DNA from: Candidatus Heimdallarchaeota archaeon
GTDB taxonomy: Archaea; Asgardarchaeota; Heimdallarchaeia; Heimdallarchaeales; Kariarchaeaceae
DNA: 23,285 bases
Direction: 5' to 3'
Assembly (NCBI GenBank): GCA_015523565.1
Contig: WAKA01000165.1
Span: forward strand, 1-23,285
The notes under the pieces are model-generated. The model searched no databases and was not told the origin of the DNA. It saw only the letters and a list, made by a program, of their open reading frames with translations. This document shows, piece by piece, positions 8,147 through 17,296 of this stretch. Position numbers and translations under genes: made by a program. How positions within the stretch are numbered: the first letter of the stretch is position 1; each line of letters starts with the position of its first letter.

Positions 8147-8836
8147 ATGGACAATAGAACAGATTTTGAAGTTAAGGCATCTGTTGTCTCCGATGCATTT
8201 GCCTTCCTTCATGATTTGAATCAAACCAAAAAGCGGATTATCTTATATCTTAAACAATACGGGGAGTTGACGTTGCAACAAATGTCAGATCTCATGGGAA
8301 TCTCAAAAATGGCAATTCTCAAGCAGGTGAGAGCCCTTGAAAGAAGTGGCATTGTCACAAAGTCTACAGTCATCACAGGGAAGAGAGGGAGACCAAATCA
8401 TATATTCAGGCTGACAAATTCTGGCAAGATGTTATTTCCCAACAGTTATCCCCTTATTTCCCAATCTGCCTTGGATTTCATTGAGACCAAGCTTGGAAAA
8501 CATGGCATTGAAGAGTTCTTTGGATACAGGAACAGGGTAATGCTCGAAAAAGTTGCAAATGAGGTAGGATTGAAGAATTGCAATGACATGGAAAAACTGG
8601 AAGAGTTCAAGAAATTGAGGAACAAGGACGGGTATATGTTTGAATTCAAGATTCTCGCAAATGAACTGGAGATCATCCAATATAATTGTCCTTTGTATAC
8701 AGTCGCCTCTAAATACCCAGAAGCATGCAGATATGAAAAGGAATTCTTTGAGAAACTGTTTGGCTGTCCAATTGAAAATGTTTCGACAATTGTTTCAAAC
8801 AAGAAGTTTTGTAAGTTCAAAGTTCATTTATCTTAG
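8147..8836 (+). CDS. SufR-like (COG2345-type) wHTH transcriptional regulator, probably Fe-S/metal binding
   Basis: N-terminal wHTH (TKKRIILYLKQYGELTLQQMSDLMGISKMAILKQVRALERSGIV...GRPNHIFRLT). C-terminal NCP..C..C..C with spacing CX12CX12CX14C. Alternative start TTG8135. Confidence 0.85.
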   Translation: MDNRTDFEVKASVVSDAFAFLHDLNQTKKRIILYLKQYGELTLQQMSDLMGISKMAILKQVRALERSGIVTKSTVITGKRGRPNHIFRLTNSGKMLFPNSYPLISQSALDFIETKLGKHGIEEFFGYRNRVMLEKVANEVGLKNCNDMEKLEEFKKLRNKDGYMFEFKILANELEIIQYNCPLYTVASKYPEACRYEKEFFEKLFGCPIENVSTIVSNKKFCKFKVHLS

Positions 8837-8852
8837 TTTTTATGATGGTTGA

Positions 8853-11800
8853 TTAATGCATCCTGTTTCTTCTAATGACAAAAGCCATGGTCATTGTAGC
8901 CAACACCGCGATGAGGAATGAGATCACGAGACCTGATTTGTCTGTAGAGGTTAAGCTGCTTGATGGTTTGGGTGTAGTCGACGAGCTTAACGTTGTTGAA
9001 GTGTTTGTTGTTGTTATAGCGGTGGTTGTGTTGGATGTAGTCAATGTTGTAGTTGTATTTGAAGTTGGACTTGTGGTGGTAGTCGTTGTGGTGGTGGTTG
9101 CATTTGGATCCTTGTATACATAGAATCTCATGTCAATGCTACCTACATTGCCAAAGTTGTCAGAAACTTTTACCACAAGATGGTGTTCCGCAAGGGTCAA
9201 ATCAACGATGGAGGCAGAAAATGTGACAAATATCTTTCCTGTCCCTTCATCGATTGCAACTTGGAATCCTGTTGTCATATTGTCAATTGAAACTTTGACT
9301 GTACTCATATTGACCCCTGAAAGCGGATCGGAGGAGACGAACTGATAGAAAATCCCTGTTTTTGAACTTGAATAGTTTCTATCCTGTCTGGATCTAGTAG
9401 TTATTTCTGGTGGGGAGATGTCCTTAAGACCCTTGTATCTAAGATAATCAGATCCTTGGGCAATTTCAAGGAGATAGATTCCCTCAACAGTATATTCAAC
9501 AGTCACCCTGAATGTTCCATTTCCTAGATCGGTGACATTTGGTGAAATTCCCTTGACCAAATCGTTGTCAATTATGCGGATTGATGGAGTTCCATTTATG
9601 GGGATTCCGTTTTCACGGACTTGTACAGTCACGTCAATCATGTCTGAAGTGATTGATGCACTGACTTCTTCAACCTGTGTATCCAGAGCCAAGAAATCAA
9701 AAACATCAAGAGTGAAATCGAGAGCATTTGGGAATCTGCTTGGTGACGTAAGGTACAAGGAGCTCATCCAAGTGAAAGAACTGCTAACAAAGACTCTGCC
9801 TGAGTTTGGATTGCTATAATATGCGGCAACGGTAAACCCATTAGTATCGACTGCCAAAGGTGTGGCTGGATCTTTCACAGTCAATTTTGGACCATCAACG
9901 CGTATATTTTTTGCATGGGCTTGAAGCCTTGTCCTATTTCCCCCAAGAATTTCAGCGTCCCTTTCAGTGAAAAGCAAGTTTTCATCATCAGAATATGGTA
10001 CTGAAATACCATATTTTGAAATTAAAGTATTTGTTGCGTTAAGGTCTTCCCATCCTCCTTGTCCTTGAACTGCCCCGAGTATATTCACCATTAGTGAGCC
10101 CCCGTTTTGGACATATTGATCAATATCGGCATATGCCTGTTGATCCATAGCTCCAGAATTGAATTGACCAGGTTCCACAGTAAATGGATCAAAAAACCAA
10201 ACAACATCATAATTGGAGGCAATGGTCAAATTGAAGGGAATATCATACTCGTCAACCCAATAACCATTTCTTGCCAAGAATGACTGCATGGTTCCCGTAA
10301 ACCGCGATCCCCTTCCAATTGCATTGTATTCATCAAAGACAGTATAATAATTGTCCAAGTATATACGAGCCTTTGGTGCATCAAGGATTTTTAGTTCAAT
10401 TGGGATTGAAAGGGTGTCATTCAGTAGTGTCACGTTTAATGACCCTTCATATAACCCTTTTGTGGCATTGGTTGTTAACGTATCCACATTCAGCTTAATT
10501 TTATGTGATGCAAAAGCCCCTGCTTTTGGAAATTCGATGGTTATAATTTGGCTTATGTTTCCAGCCATGGTGATATTGATCATGTCTAATTGTGAGGTAT
10601 AAACAAAGATAGGTGCAAAAGTCTGGACATCCAAAGGTATTTCACGGAACAAAGCCAACGGACCATTTCTAGGTGAAACTTCAAAAATTTGTGGGACATT
10701 GTTTGCATCTTTAGGCATGGACATGATATAGTCAAACATGGCTTTTGCATTAACAAAACCACGACCCTGTTGATATTCAGGCAAACCTATATCATTGGCT
10801 GTTCTAAGCAATGCCGCCTTAATGGCACCAACTGTCCAATTTATGTTGTTTGCCTCAAGACCAGAAATTACAGTGGCTATTGCACCTGCTGTAAGAGGTG
10901 ATGAAAAAGAAGTTCCAGAATTCAATGACCAGCCACCTCCAGCAGAGGTTGAATAGATATCAACGCCGGGAGCAACCACATCAGGTTTTTGAGCACCTTC
11001 ATCACCAGGACCTTCTGAGCTGAAGCTTGCTAAATTGAGGGAATGGGTTGTGGCACCAACGGCAATTGCATGATAACTTGAACCTGGACCACCTGTAGTA
11101 AATGGATCTCTAATACCTGCGGCTCCTGTTCCAGAATTGCCGGCAGATGTGACAAAAACAATTCCCGCTTCCTCCATCCGTTCAAGAACTGCTTCAATCC
11201 AATTGAATGAGCCCCCTATACTGAAATTAATAACTTTCACAACACCCAATCCAATCATATATTCAAATGCACCGACAAAATCACCAGAGACAGCACTTCC
11301 TCCAGGGCTCCCCATTTCTGCCGCGGCAATCTTGGCTCCAAATGCATTTCCTCTTCCATATGTCTCATTGGGGCTTGCACCAGTCCCGTCTGCGGCAATG
11401 GTTCCAGCAACGGGTGTTCCATGCCCTTTGTTTCCAGGAACCCCTTCTGGATAAAATGTAGCATATGAATAATAGGCATGTTGCAAAGCGGGATGGTCGA
11501 AGTCTACTCCATTGTCAACAACACCGACAACAACACCAGTACCATTATATCCCATATCCCACAATGGTTTGACATTCATGAGGTTTGCATCTTCCAATGC
11601 ATTTATTTGAATAGGATTGGTGACAGGAACCTGCCTGTATGAATTTGTATACATAACCGCGTTCTCAACTGCCTCTGCTGAAAATACCCCTCTCTCGAAA
11701 TACTGCCGAGCCAACTGGTATTCTGAAAGTGAGAGATAGACCTTTGCCGCTCTAAGGTTTGGATAAGCCTTCTCGACAGGAAGTTGAAGCAGTTGGTTAT

Positions 11801-12086
11801 ATTGCTTTTCACTTGATGCAAAAATCAAGAACCTGTTTCTCTCACTTGATTTTTTGGATGATTCCAACAATGAATTATACAAATCCTTTTGTTTTTTTTC
11901 AAAATCAAGTTGCCTCTGTATCTTTTGATAAACGTTTTCCCAACTTTGCCTTGGTTCAGAAAAGCTTACAAAATTTGCAGATTTTGCCATCTTTTCCTGT
12001 TGAACAAAATTAATTGCTAAAGGACTGATGACAAGTATTAGCGATAAAACGACTAAACCTAATTTTTTTTGGTTAGGTAAGTGCAT
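8853..12086 (-). CDS. Membrane-anchored multidomain S8 protease, Site-1 protease (MBTPS1/SKI-1)-like architecture
   Basis: N-terminal signal/TM and propeptide. S8 domain: [63 protein letters not shown]. Then a beta-sandwich, a GATase-like alpha/beta domain, Ig-like domains, a Thr-rich stalk, a TM helix and a basic tail (RRNRMH). Confidence 0.9.
   Translation of the reverse strand: [1077 protein letters not shown]
8940..9100 (-). repeat. Low-complexity Thr/Ser-rich coding stalk (approximate bounds)
   Basis: Encodes [54 protein letters not shown], with several N-x-T/S sequons. Confidence 0.8.
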
Positions 12087-12106
12087 AATTCATAAATGCA
12101 GGTGAT

Positions 12107-12114
12107 ATTTTAAA
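12107..12114 (-). promoter_or_regulatory. Putative TATA box (TTTAAAAT) for the large S8 gene
   Basis: Lies 20 nt upstream of ATG12086 on the minus strand, with no SD; consistent with a leaderless mRNA. Confidence 0.45.
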
Positions 12115-12145
12115 TTTACCCATAACGTAAAATTGAATTTGAACA

Positions 12146-12487
12146 TTACATTTCTTCCATTAGCAAAATAAGTCTTGTCAACAATGCCTTTTCATCTGTA
12201 GATATTTTTCCATCCTTGAAGGCTTCTGAACTTGCTTCCTGAATTATTCTCTTTTCAAGAACATGAATGTTTTCCATTTCCTCATCTGTTATTTCTTCAT
12301 CAACCATGGCGGCATTGACATAGTTATAGAGGGAATTTACATTGGCGGATATGCTGTTGATAATTTGCTGTTCCTCCGCGGTTATTTCACCATCCATTTC
12401 TGCAACAGAACTCAACTCATCAACAATTTTCAGAGCCCTTTCCAATTTCTTTTTCATAATGTTCAATCTCATTTCCTGTTCTTCCAT
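12146..12487 (-). CDS. Small acidic helical protein with three TerB-/EF-loop-like DGxI(T/S)xxE repeats
   Basis: AEMDGEITAEEQQII, AMVDEEITDEEMENI, AFKDGKISTDEKALL. Confidence 0.75.
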   Translation of the reverse strand: MEEQEMRLNIMKKKLERALKIVDELSSVAEMDGEITAEEQQIINSISANVNSLYNYVNAAMVDEEITDEEMENIHVLEKRIIQEASSEAFKDGKISTDEKALLTRLILLMEEM

Positions 12488-12572
12488 ACGCGAGGGATTT
12501 CTGTCGATTATATTAATATGTTATTTAATACTCAATGGACGAAAGATGAAAAAATTCAGGAATAGGGAAAAA

Positions 12573-13655
12573 TTAGAGAAATTTTCGGTATGACAGCCAT
12601 TCCCTTGCTTTCCGCAATGGGATTAAACGTTGTTTCTGCATTTTCAGTTCATCAACGGATTGTACCCCCAGCAAGAACATGACACGTTTGATATTAAGAA
12701 TATAATGCTTTAGCCATTTTTCGGCACCTCTTTCACCAAATTCAATCAATGATTTCAAAACGGGTCGGGCAATTCCAACCATGCTGGCACCCATTGCAAG
12801 TGCCTTGGCGGCCATCAGCCCATGATACATTCCGCCTGTTGAGATAATTTCAATATCTTTCACTTGAGACGCCTCCCATGTGGCAAATGCAGTTGGAATT
12901 CCCCATTTCAAGGTTTCATCGTTAAGATCCAAGGCATCATCCTTTGTATTTCTGAAGAGTTCCAATTTAGGCCAACTGGTACCTCCAGCCCCACCTACAT
13001 CGACCGCATTGCATCCAATTTTGGAAAGTTGCAATACCTCTTCATATGCGATTCCTGTTCCAACCTCCTTGACGATGACAGGGACTTTGGAATGCTTGCA
13101 GATTTTCTCAAGGTTTTTCCATGACCCTTTCCAGTTCAAATCCCCCTCTGGTTGGCATAATTCCTGAAATGAATTGACATGCACAGCCATGGCGTCTGCC
13201 TGCACTTTTTCTTGTGCCTCGTGATACTGGTCCATTGTAAAATCGTAACTGAATTGAACCAATCCAAGATTTCCAACCAAAAACACATCAGGAACCTCTT
13301 TTTTCACCGCAAAAGTATCCAATGTCTCAGGTCTGACAATCATTGCCCGTTGGCTCCCTATTCCCATTGGAATGCCTATTTTGGCACAGACTCTTGCAAG
13401 TTTATTATTGATTTCCTTGGCTTTGGGATAACCGCCAGTCATGCCTGCAACCATTATGGGAGCAGAGAATTTCTGCCCAAGAAAAGTGGATTCCATTGAG
13501 ATCTCATCAAAATCAAGATCAGGGATCGCTGTGGGAACAAATTCAAAATCTTCAAATCCATTTGTCACACCAGAAATCGTAACATTCTCAGTGATCGCAA
13601 GGTTGACATGATCCTCTTTCCTATCCCTGATGTCCATCCCACTATTTTCAACCAT
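12573..13655 (-). CDS. fni: Type 2 isopentenyl-diphosphate delta-isomerase (FMN-dependent IDI-2)
   Basis: RKEDHV, AGMTGG, GIGSQRA, HVNSFQELCQPEGD, PVIVKEVGTG, DVGGAGGTSW, WGIPTA, AKALAMGA. Confidence 0.97.
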   Translation of the reverse strand: MVENSGMDIRDRKEDHVNLAITENVTISGVTNGFEDFEFVPTAIPDLDFDEISMESTFLGQKFSAPIMVAGMTGGYPKAKEINNKLARVCAKIGIPMGIGSQRAMIVRPETLDTFAVKKEVPDVFLVGNLGLVQFSYDFTMDQYHEAQEKVQADAMAVHVNSFQELCQPEGDLNWKGSWKNLEKICKHSKVPVIVKEVGTGIAYEEVLQLSKIGCNAVDVGGAGGTSWPKLELFRNTKDDALDLNDETLKWGIPTAFATWEASQVKDIEIISTGGMYHGLMAAKALAMGASMVGIARPVLKSLIEFGERGAEKWLKHYILNIKRVMFLLGVQSVDELKMQKQRLIPLRKAREWLSYRKFL

Positions 13656-13723
13656 TAACCTTACACAAAATCATATACTTAATAGCATGTTGTTGATTAT
13701 TGGGAAAAGTGAATTCAAATCTT

Positions 13724-14779
13724 CTACATTAAAGCTAAGTCTAGTGAAACCATTGAATTCAATTTCTGGCTAAGCTTGATCCCTTCAATTACGACTTGGT
13801 TTTTCCACCCGTCAAGCAATGAAGGTTCTTCATTTTGACCAGTCTCTATCGACCTTGAAAAAACATCCAACAGTTTCAGGAATGGAGGGATTCTTTGGTC
13901 TTGATCTGCCAAAGTCATATCCATTGAATATTTAGTTGGGATTTCCAACTTGTCATAAACCTGATCTGTTTTTGATGCAAAAAACACATCCCTGTTGCTA
14001 ATCATGAGAGTGCCTTCTGTACCACCGATAATCATGGTGGATGGTGGGGAAGGAGATATAGTTGCGCTTATGGAAACTGTTGCCTGTGAACCATTCTCCA
14101 ATTGTAGCACTGCGTTGAAGCCATCGTCTGCCGTAAACCTTTCTGCTTTTGATTTCCTTGTCAAAGAACCAAAGGCGGCTACAATATCCATTCCTGAAAT
14201 AAACCTGATCCGATCGATCATATGTGATCCTATAGCTCCCAAAATACCACCTTCATAAATCGAATCCAAAAGCCATTTGTTACGAAACTGCAATGGATTG
14301 TTGAAAAATCCAAAGAAATTTTGCAGATAAATTTCCCTAACTTCACCTATCTTATTGCCATTTATCAGATCTCTTGTCATACCAATCATTGGAAGAAAAC
14401 GGAACTCATGACAGATCATTCCAATCAATTCTTTTGATTCTGCAATTCTTATCAACTTCTTTGCCTCTAAAGCAGTTTCAGTGGTCGGTTTCTCAAGAAG
14501 CAAGTGCTTATTGTGTTCAAGCGCATGCTTTGCCATGGGATAATGCAGATAAGGAGGAGTTGTGACACTTACAATATCAATTTCCTTGTCCTCAATCAAT
14601 TGTTCCCATTTCTCATATGGTTTGGGTATATCCAATTGTGCGGCAATCTTTTTTGTTTTTTCATAATTCCTTCCAGCAATTGCCACAACTTCAAATTTAT
14701 CATGATATGCCATTGAAGGAACATGGACTTTTACCCCAAATCCTGTTCCAATAATACCTACCCTTAATTTTTCACCCAT
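13724..14779 (-). CDS. Gfo/Idh/MocA family NAD(P)-dependent oxidoreductase
   Basis: LRVGIIGTGFG Rossmann motif, DIVSVTTPPYLH, KHLLLEKP, GGILGAIGSHMID. ATG14779 lies 20 nt after TTATAATA (14807-14800). Confidence 0.93.
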   Translation of the reverse strand: MGEKLRVGIIGTGFGVKVHVPSMAYHDKFEVVAIAGRNYEKTKKIAAQLDIPKPYEKWEQLIEDKEIDIVSVTTPPYLHYPMAKHALEHNKHLLLEKPTTETALEAKKLIRIAESKELIGMICHEFRFLPMIGMTRDLINGNKIGEVREIYLQNFFGFFNNPLQFRNKWLLDSIYEGGILGAIGSHMIDRIRFISGMDIVAAFGSLTRKSKAERFTADDGFNAVLQLENGSQATVSISATISPSPPSTMIIGGTEGTLMISNRDVFFASKTDQVYDKLEIPTKYSMDMTLADQDQRIPPFLKLLDVFSRSIETGQNEEPSLLDGWKNQVVIEGIKLSQKLNSMVSLDLALM

Positions 14780-14834
14780 GGAAAAAAAAGAGAATATCAT
14801 ATTATAAGGATAGTGAAATAGGAAACTGTGGGAA

Positions 14835-14938
14835 TTGAATATTCAAAAATTGCATTAAGACAAAATGGGAAAACTCGATTTGTGTAACCTAATATTGCAT
14901 GAATATTGAAGATGCAACCAGATATTTTGAATATTGAA
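14835..14938. promoter_or_regulatory. Three TGAATATT(C/G)AA boxes in a divergent promoter
   Basis: Perfect palindrome TTGAATATTCAA at 14835-14846; TGAATATTGAA at 14900-14910 and 14928-14938. Confidence 0.5.
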
Positions 14939-15029
14939 ACGGCAAGCCAATAGGAAAGAGATTGAAATTTGGACATAATTTCTTTATATTTTTTTAAAAA
15001 AGCATATATTGCCTTAATCCATCCATCCC

Positions 15030-15638
15030 ATGAAAATGGACATCAATCTTCTTCCATATTATTTTTTGACCCTTGAATACATGAATCATAATTCTATTGG
15101 AAGATATGCATTGGCAAGCAATTTGGACATAACAAGGGCAAAAGCAAGAAAAATTTTGGATCAGCTTAAGGCAATGGGATTTGTGGCGACGCATGGAAAA
15201 TCTTCAGGAAGAAAGGGAACTTCAATCACTGAAAACGGAAGAAAAGTTATCAACAAGCTTCACGGAAAGTTAAGGATATGCATGTCGAATGAATTCACAT
15301 TTCCTGAAGAATATAGATTGGATAAGTTTCATTCAATTGTGTCGATTACAGACAAAAATATAGATTTGAACAGTATTTCAGGAGTCTTTGAACGTGATAC
15401 TGCAATCCGTTATGGTGCAACAGGTGCAATAATTGTTGTCAATGAGAAAGGCGGATGGATTTTCCCGAATGACCGTTCTCCCTCAAAAATCATTTCATCC
15501 CATGACGATGAAGAAAGTCGGGGGCTGATAATTTCATTTGGAGAAAGCCAAGGCAAGGCGAATGTATCGGCAACTGAAACTGCGTTTACAATTATTGATA
15601 CAGAAGAAATAATGGACATCTTCTACGAGTTCCTATGA
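15030..15638 (+). CDS. wHTH + DUF4443-like (PH0730-like) putative transcriptional regulator
   Basis: IGRYALASNLDITRAKARKILDQLKAMGFV...KGTSITENG wHTH, followed by SGVFERDTAIRYGATGAIIVV...WIFP. Confidence 0.7.
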   Translation: MKMDINLLPYYFLTLEYMNHNSIGRYALASNLDITRAKARKILDQLKAMGFVATHGKSSGRKGTSITENGRKVINKLHGKLRICMSNEFTFPEEYRLDKFHSIVSITDKNIDLNSISGVFERDTAIRYGATGAIIVVNEKGGWIFPNDRSPSKIISSHDDEESRGLIISFGESQGKANVSATETAFTIIDTEEIMDIFYEFL

Positions 15639-16751
15639 ATTCAAGCGCTTGATAATTTCTGAATAAATTTGTTGGGCTTCAACCAGTTCATTGATTTCAA
15701 TGCGTTCATTCGTCTGATGAAGAAGTTCTGTTGATCCCGGCCCTAAAATGACCATATTAATATCCGTATTTGCCATCAGGGCCGCGGCATCTGTTGCATA
15801 ATATGTGCCTCCTATTTCAACAGAATGTCCCTTGAACTGTTCAACGACATTCTTGACAAGCTTTGGAAAATCTTGGGTTTTACTTTGGACAGCCTTGTCT
15901 TCTTGAACAAGTTCAAATTCGTATTCAATACCATCATCTTGTGTTGACAGGACTTGCTTAACAATTTCAATAACTTTGGAATTGTCAATACCAGGAGTTG
16001 TCCTTACATCACATGAAAGAACTGCATTTTCAGCAACCACATTATAGGCGCTACCGCCTTTTATCATTCCAAAGTTGATGGTTGTTTGCCCCACTTCTGG
16101 AATTGAATAGTCAGGCAAACATTCTTTCAATTTTGGCATGATTCTTCCCAATGCCTCAATTGCATTCTTTCCCAATTCTGGTCTGGATGCGTGTGCCTGT
16201 TTTCCCTTCGCAGCAACATTGAACCAAATGATGCCCTTCTCAAATGATTTTGGTTCCAAGTTTGTTGGTTCACCAATTATCAAGTATTCCGCATCCTGCA
16301 TCAACCCGTTTTTCTCCAAGTGTTTTGCCCCCAAGAGTCCAACCTCCTCTTGGGCAGAACCTGCAAACACAATCTGGTGGGACAACTCAGATTCAATCTT
16401 TATGGCATCAACAAACGAATGTGCCAAAGCAGAAGTTCCACCTTTCATGTCAACAGTTCCCCTTCCCCACATTACACCTTCTGAGATTTGTGCAGAAAGT
16501 GGATCATGAACCCATTCATTGGAGTCACCAAATGGGACAGTATCGATGTGACCAGAAAGAATAATTTTTTTAGCATCCTTTGGACCTATTTTGGCAACAA
16601 TGTTAGCCTCCCCAGGTGCATATTCATCAATCCTTGCATCAATCCCGTTTTCCTCAAAAAAATCCTTGAGAATGAGTGCACCGTCTTTTGACTTTCCCAA
16701 AGTCGTATCAGTTTGGACTAGTTTTCTTGTCAATTCAATTACACTTTCCAT
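15633..16751 (-). CDS. M20 family metallohydrolase (ArgE/DapE-like deacylase)
   Basis: LSGHIDTVP, GRGTVDMKGG, QEEVG, IIGEPT, GKQAHASRPELGKNAI, ATDAA, GPG...HQTNE. Confidence 0.93.
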   Translation of the reverse strand: MESVIELTRKLVQTDTTLGKSKDGALILKDFFEENGIDARIDEYAPGEANIVAKIGPKDAKKIILSGHIDTVPFGDSNEWVHDPLSAQISEGVMWGRGTVDMKGGTSALAHSFVDAIKIESELSHQIVFAGSAQEEVGLLGAKHLEKNGLMQDAEYLIIGEPTNLEPKSFEKGIIWFNVAAKGKQAHASRPELGKNAIEALGRIMPKLKECLPDYSIPEVGQTTINFGMIKGGSAYNVVAENAVLSCDVRTTPGIDNSKVIEIVKQVLSTQDDGIEYEFELVQEDKAVQSKTQDFPKLVKNVVEQFKGHSVEIGGTYYATDAAALMANTDINMVILGPGSTELLHQTNERIEINELVEAQQIYSEIIKRLNS

Positions 16752-16981
16752 AAAGATGCATTGAACATGGTGTTTTAACAGGTTATCCTTCCAGCCTATT
16801 AAATATGGTTAAACTTTTGCACAAATCATTGAAAAAAAATGACATGAAAGAAACAATGAAAGGCGAAAGTAAACTTTTGGCATTCAAAACGTAATGGCAA
16901 TGAATTTGAACTGACGAATACTTTCGGTGAACTGTCTCCCTACAAATTGGTCGTCTCAATTTAAATACTTGATTTGTCAAT

Positions 16982-17296
16982 ATGCAATTAGTGATTGAAC
17001 ATAGCTTTGATCAACATACGATTCATGAAGAAATGCCATATCTTCTTCCCAAACTGCTTGAAGACACGTATTATTTTGGAAATATCAAGCTACCTCCAAA
17101 CCTTACACTTATGCAACTCATAAAAATTCAAGACATCATGGATCATGGATTGGAAGTGATTAGAAATGGGAATTATTACCATCTTTTCAAGCTTGGAGAA
17201 CTAGAGAGATCTTTTTTCTATAATGAAGAAACAGGAGATTTCAGGATTGTTGAACTTGCAGAGATCAGAAACAATTTCATTTATGCCATTAAATAA
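16982..17296 (+). CDS. Hypothetical protein (104 aa)
   Basis: ATG-initiated ORF filling the gap between two genes, with protein-like composition and a convergent 8-nt overlap with the next gene. No recognisable motif. Confidence 0.6.
   Translation: MQLVIEHSFDQHTIHEEMPYLLPKLLEDTYYFGNIKLPPNLTLMQLIKIQDIMDHGLEVIRNGNYYHLFKLGELERSFFYNEETGDFRIVELAEIRNNFIYAIK

Noticed and set aside
15633-16751. Naming the M20 enzyme dapE, argE or lysK
   Set aside because: The motifs do not discriminate substrate and there are no pathway genes nearby.
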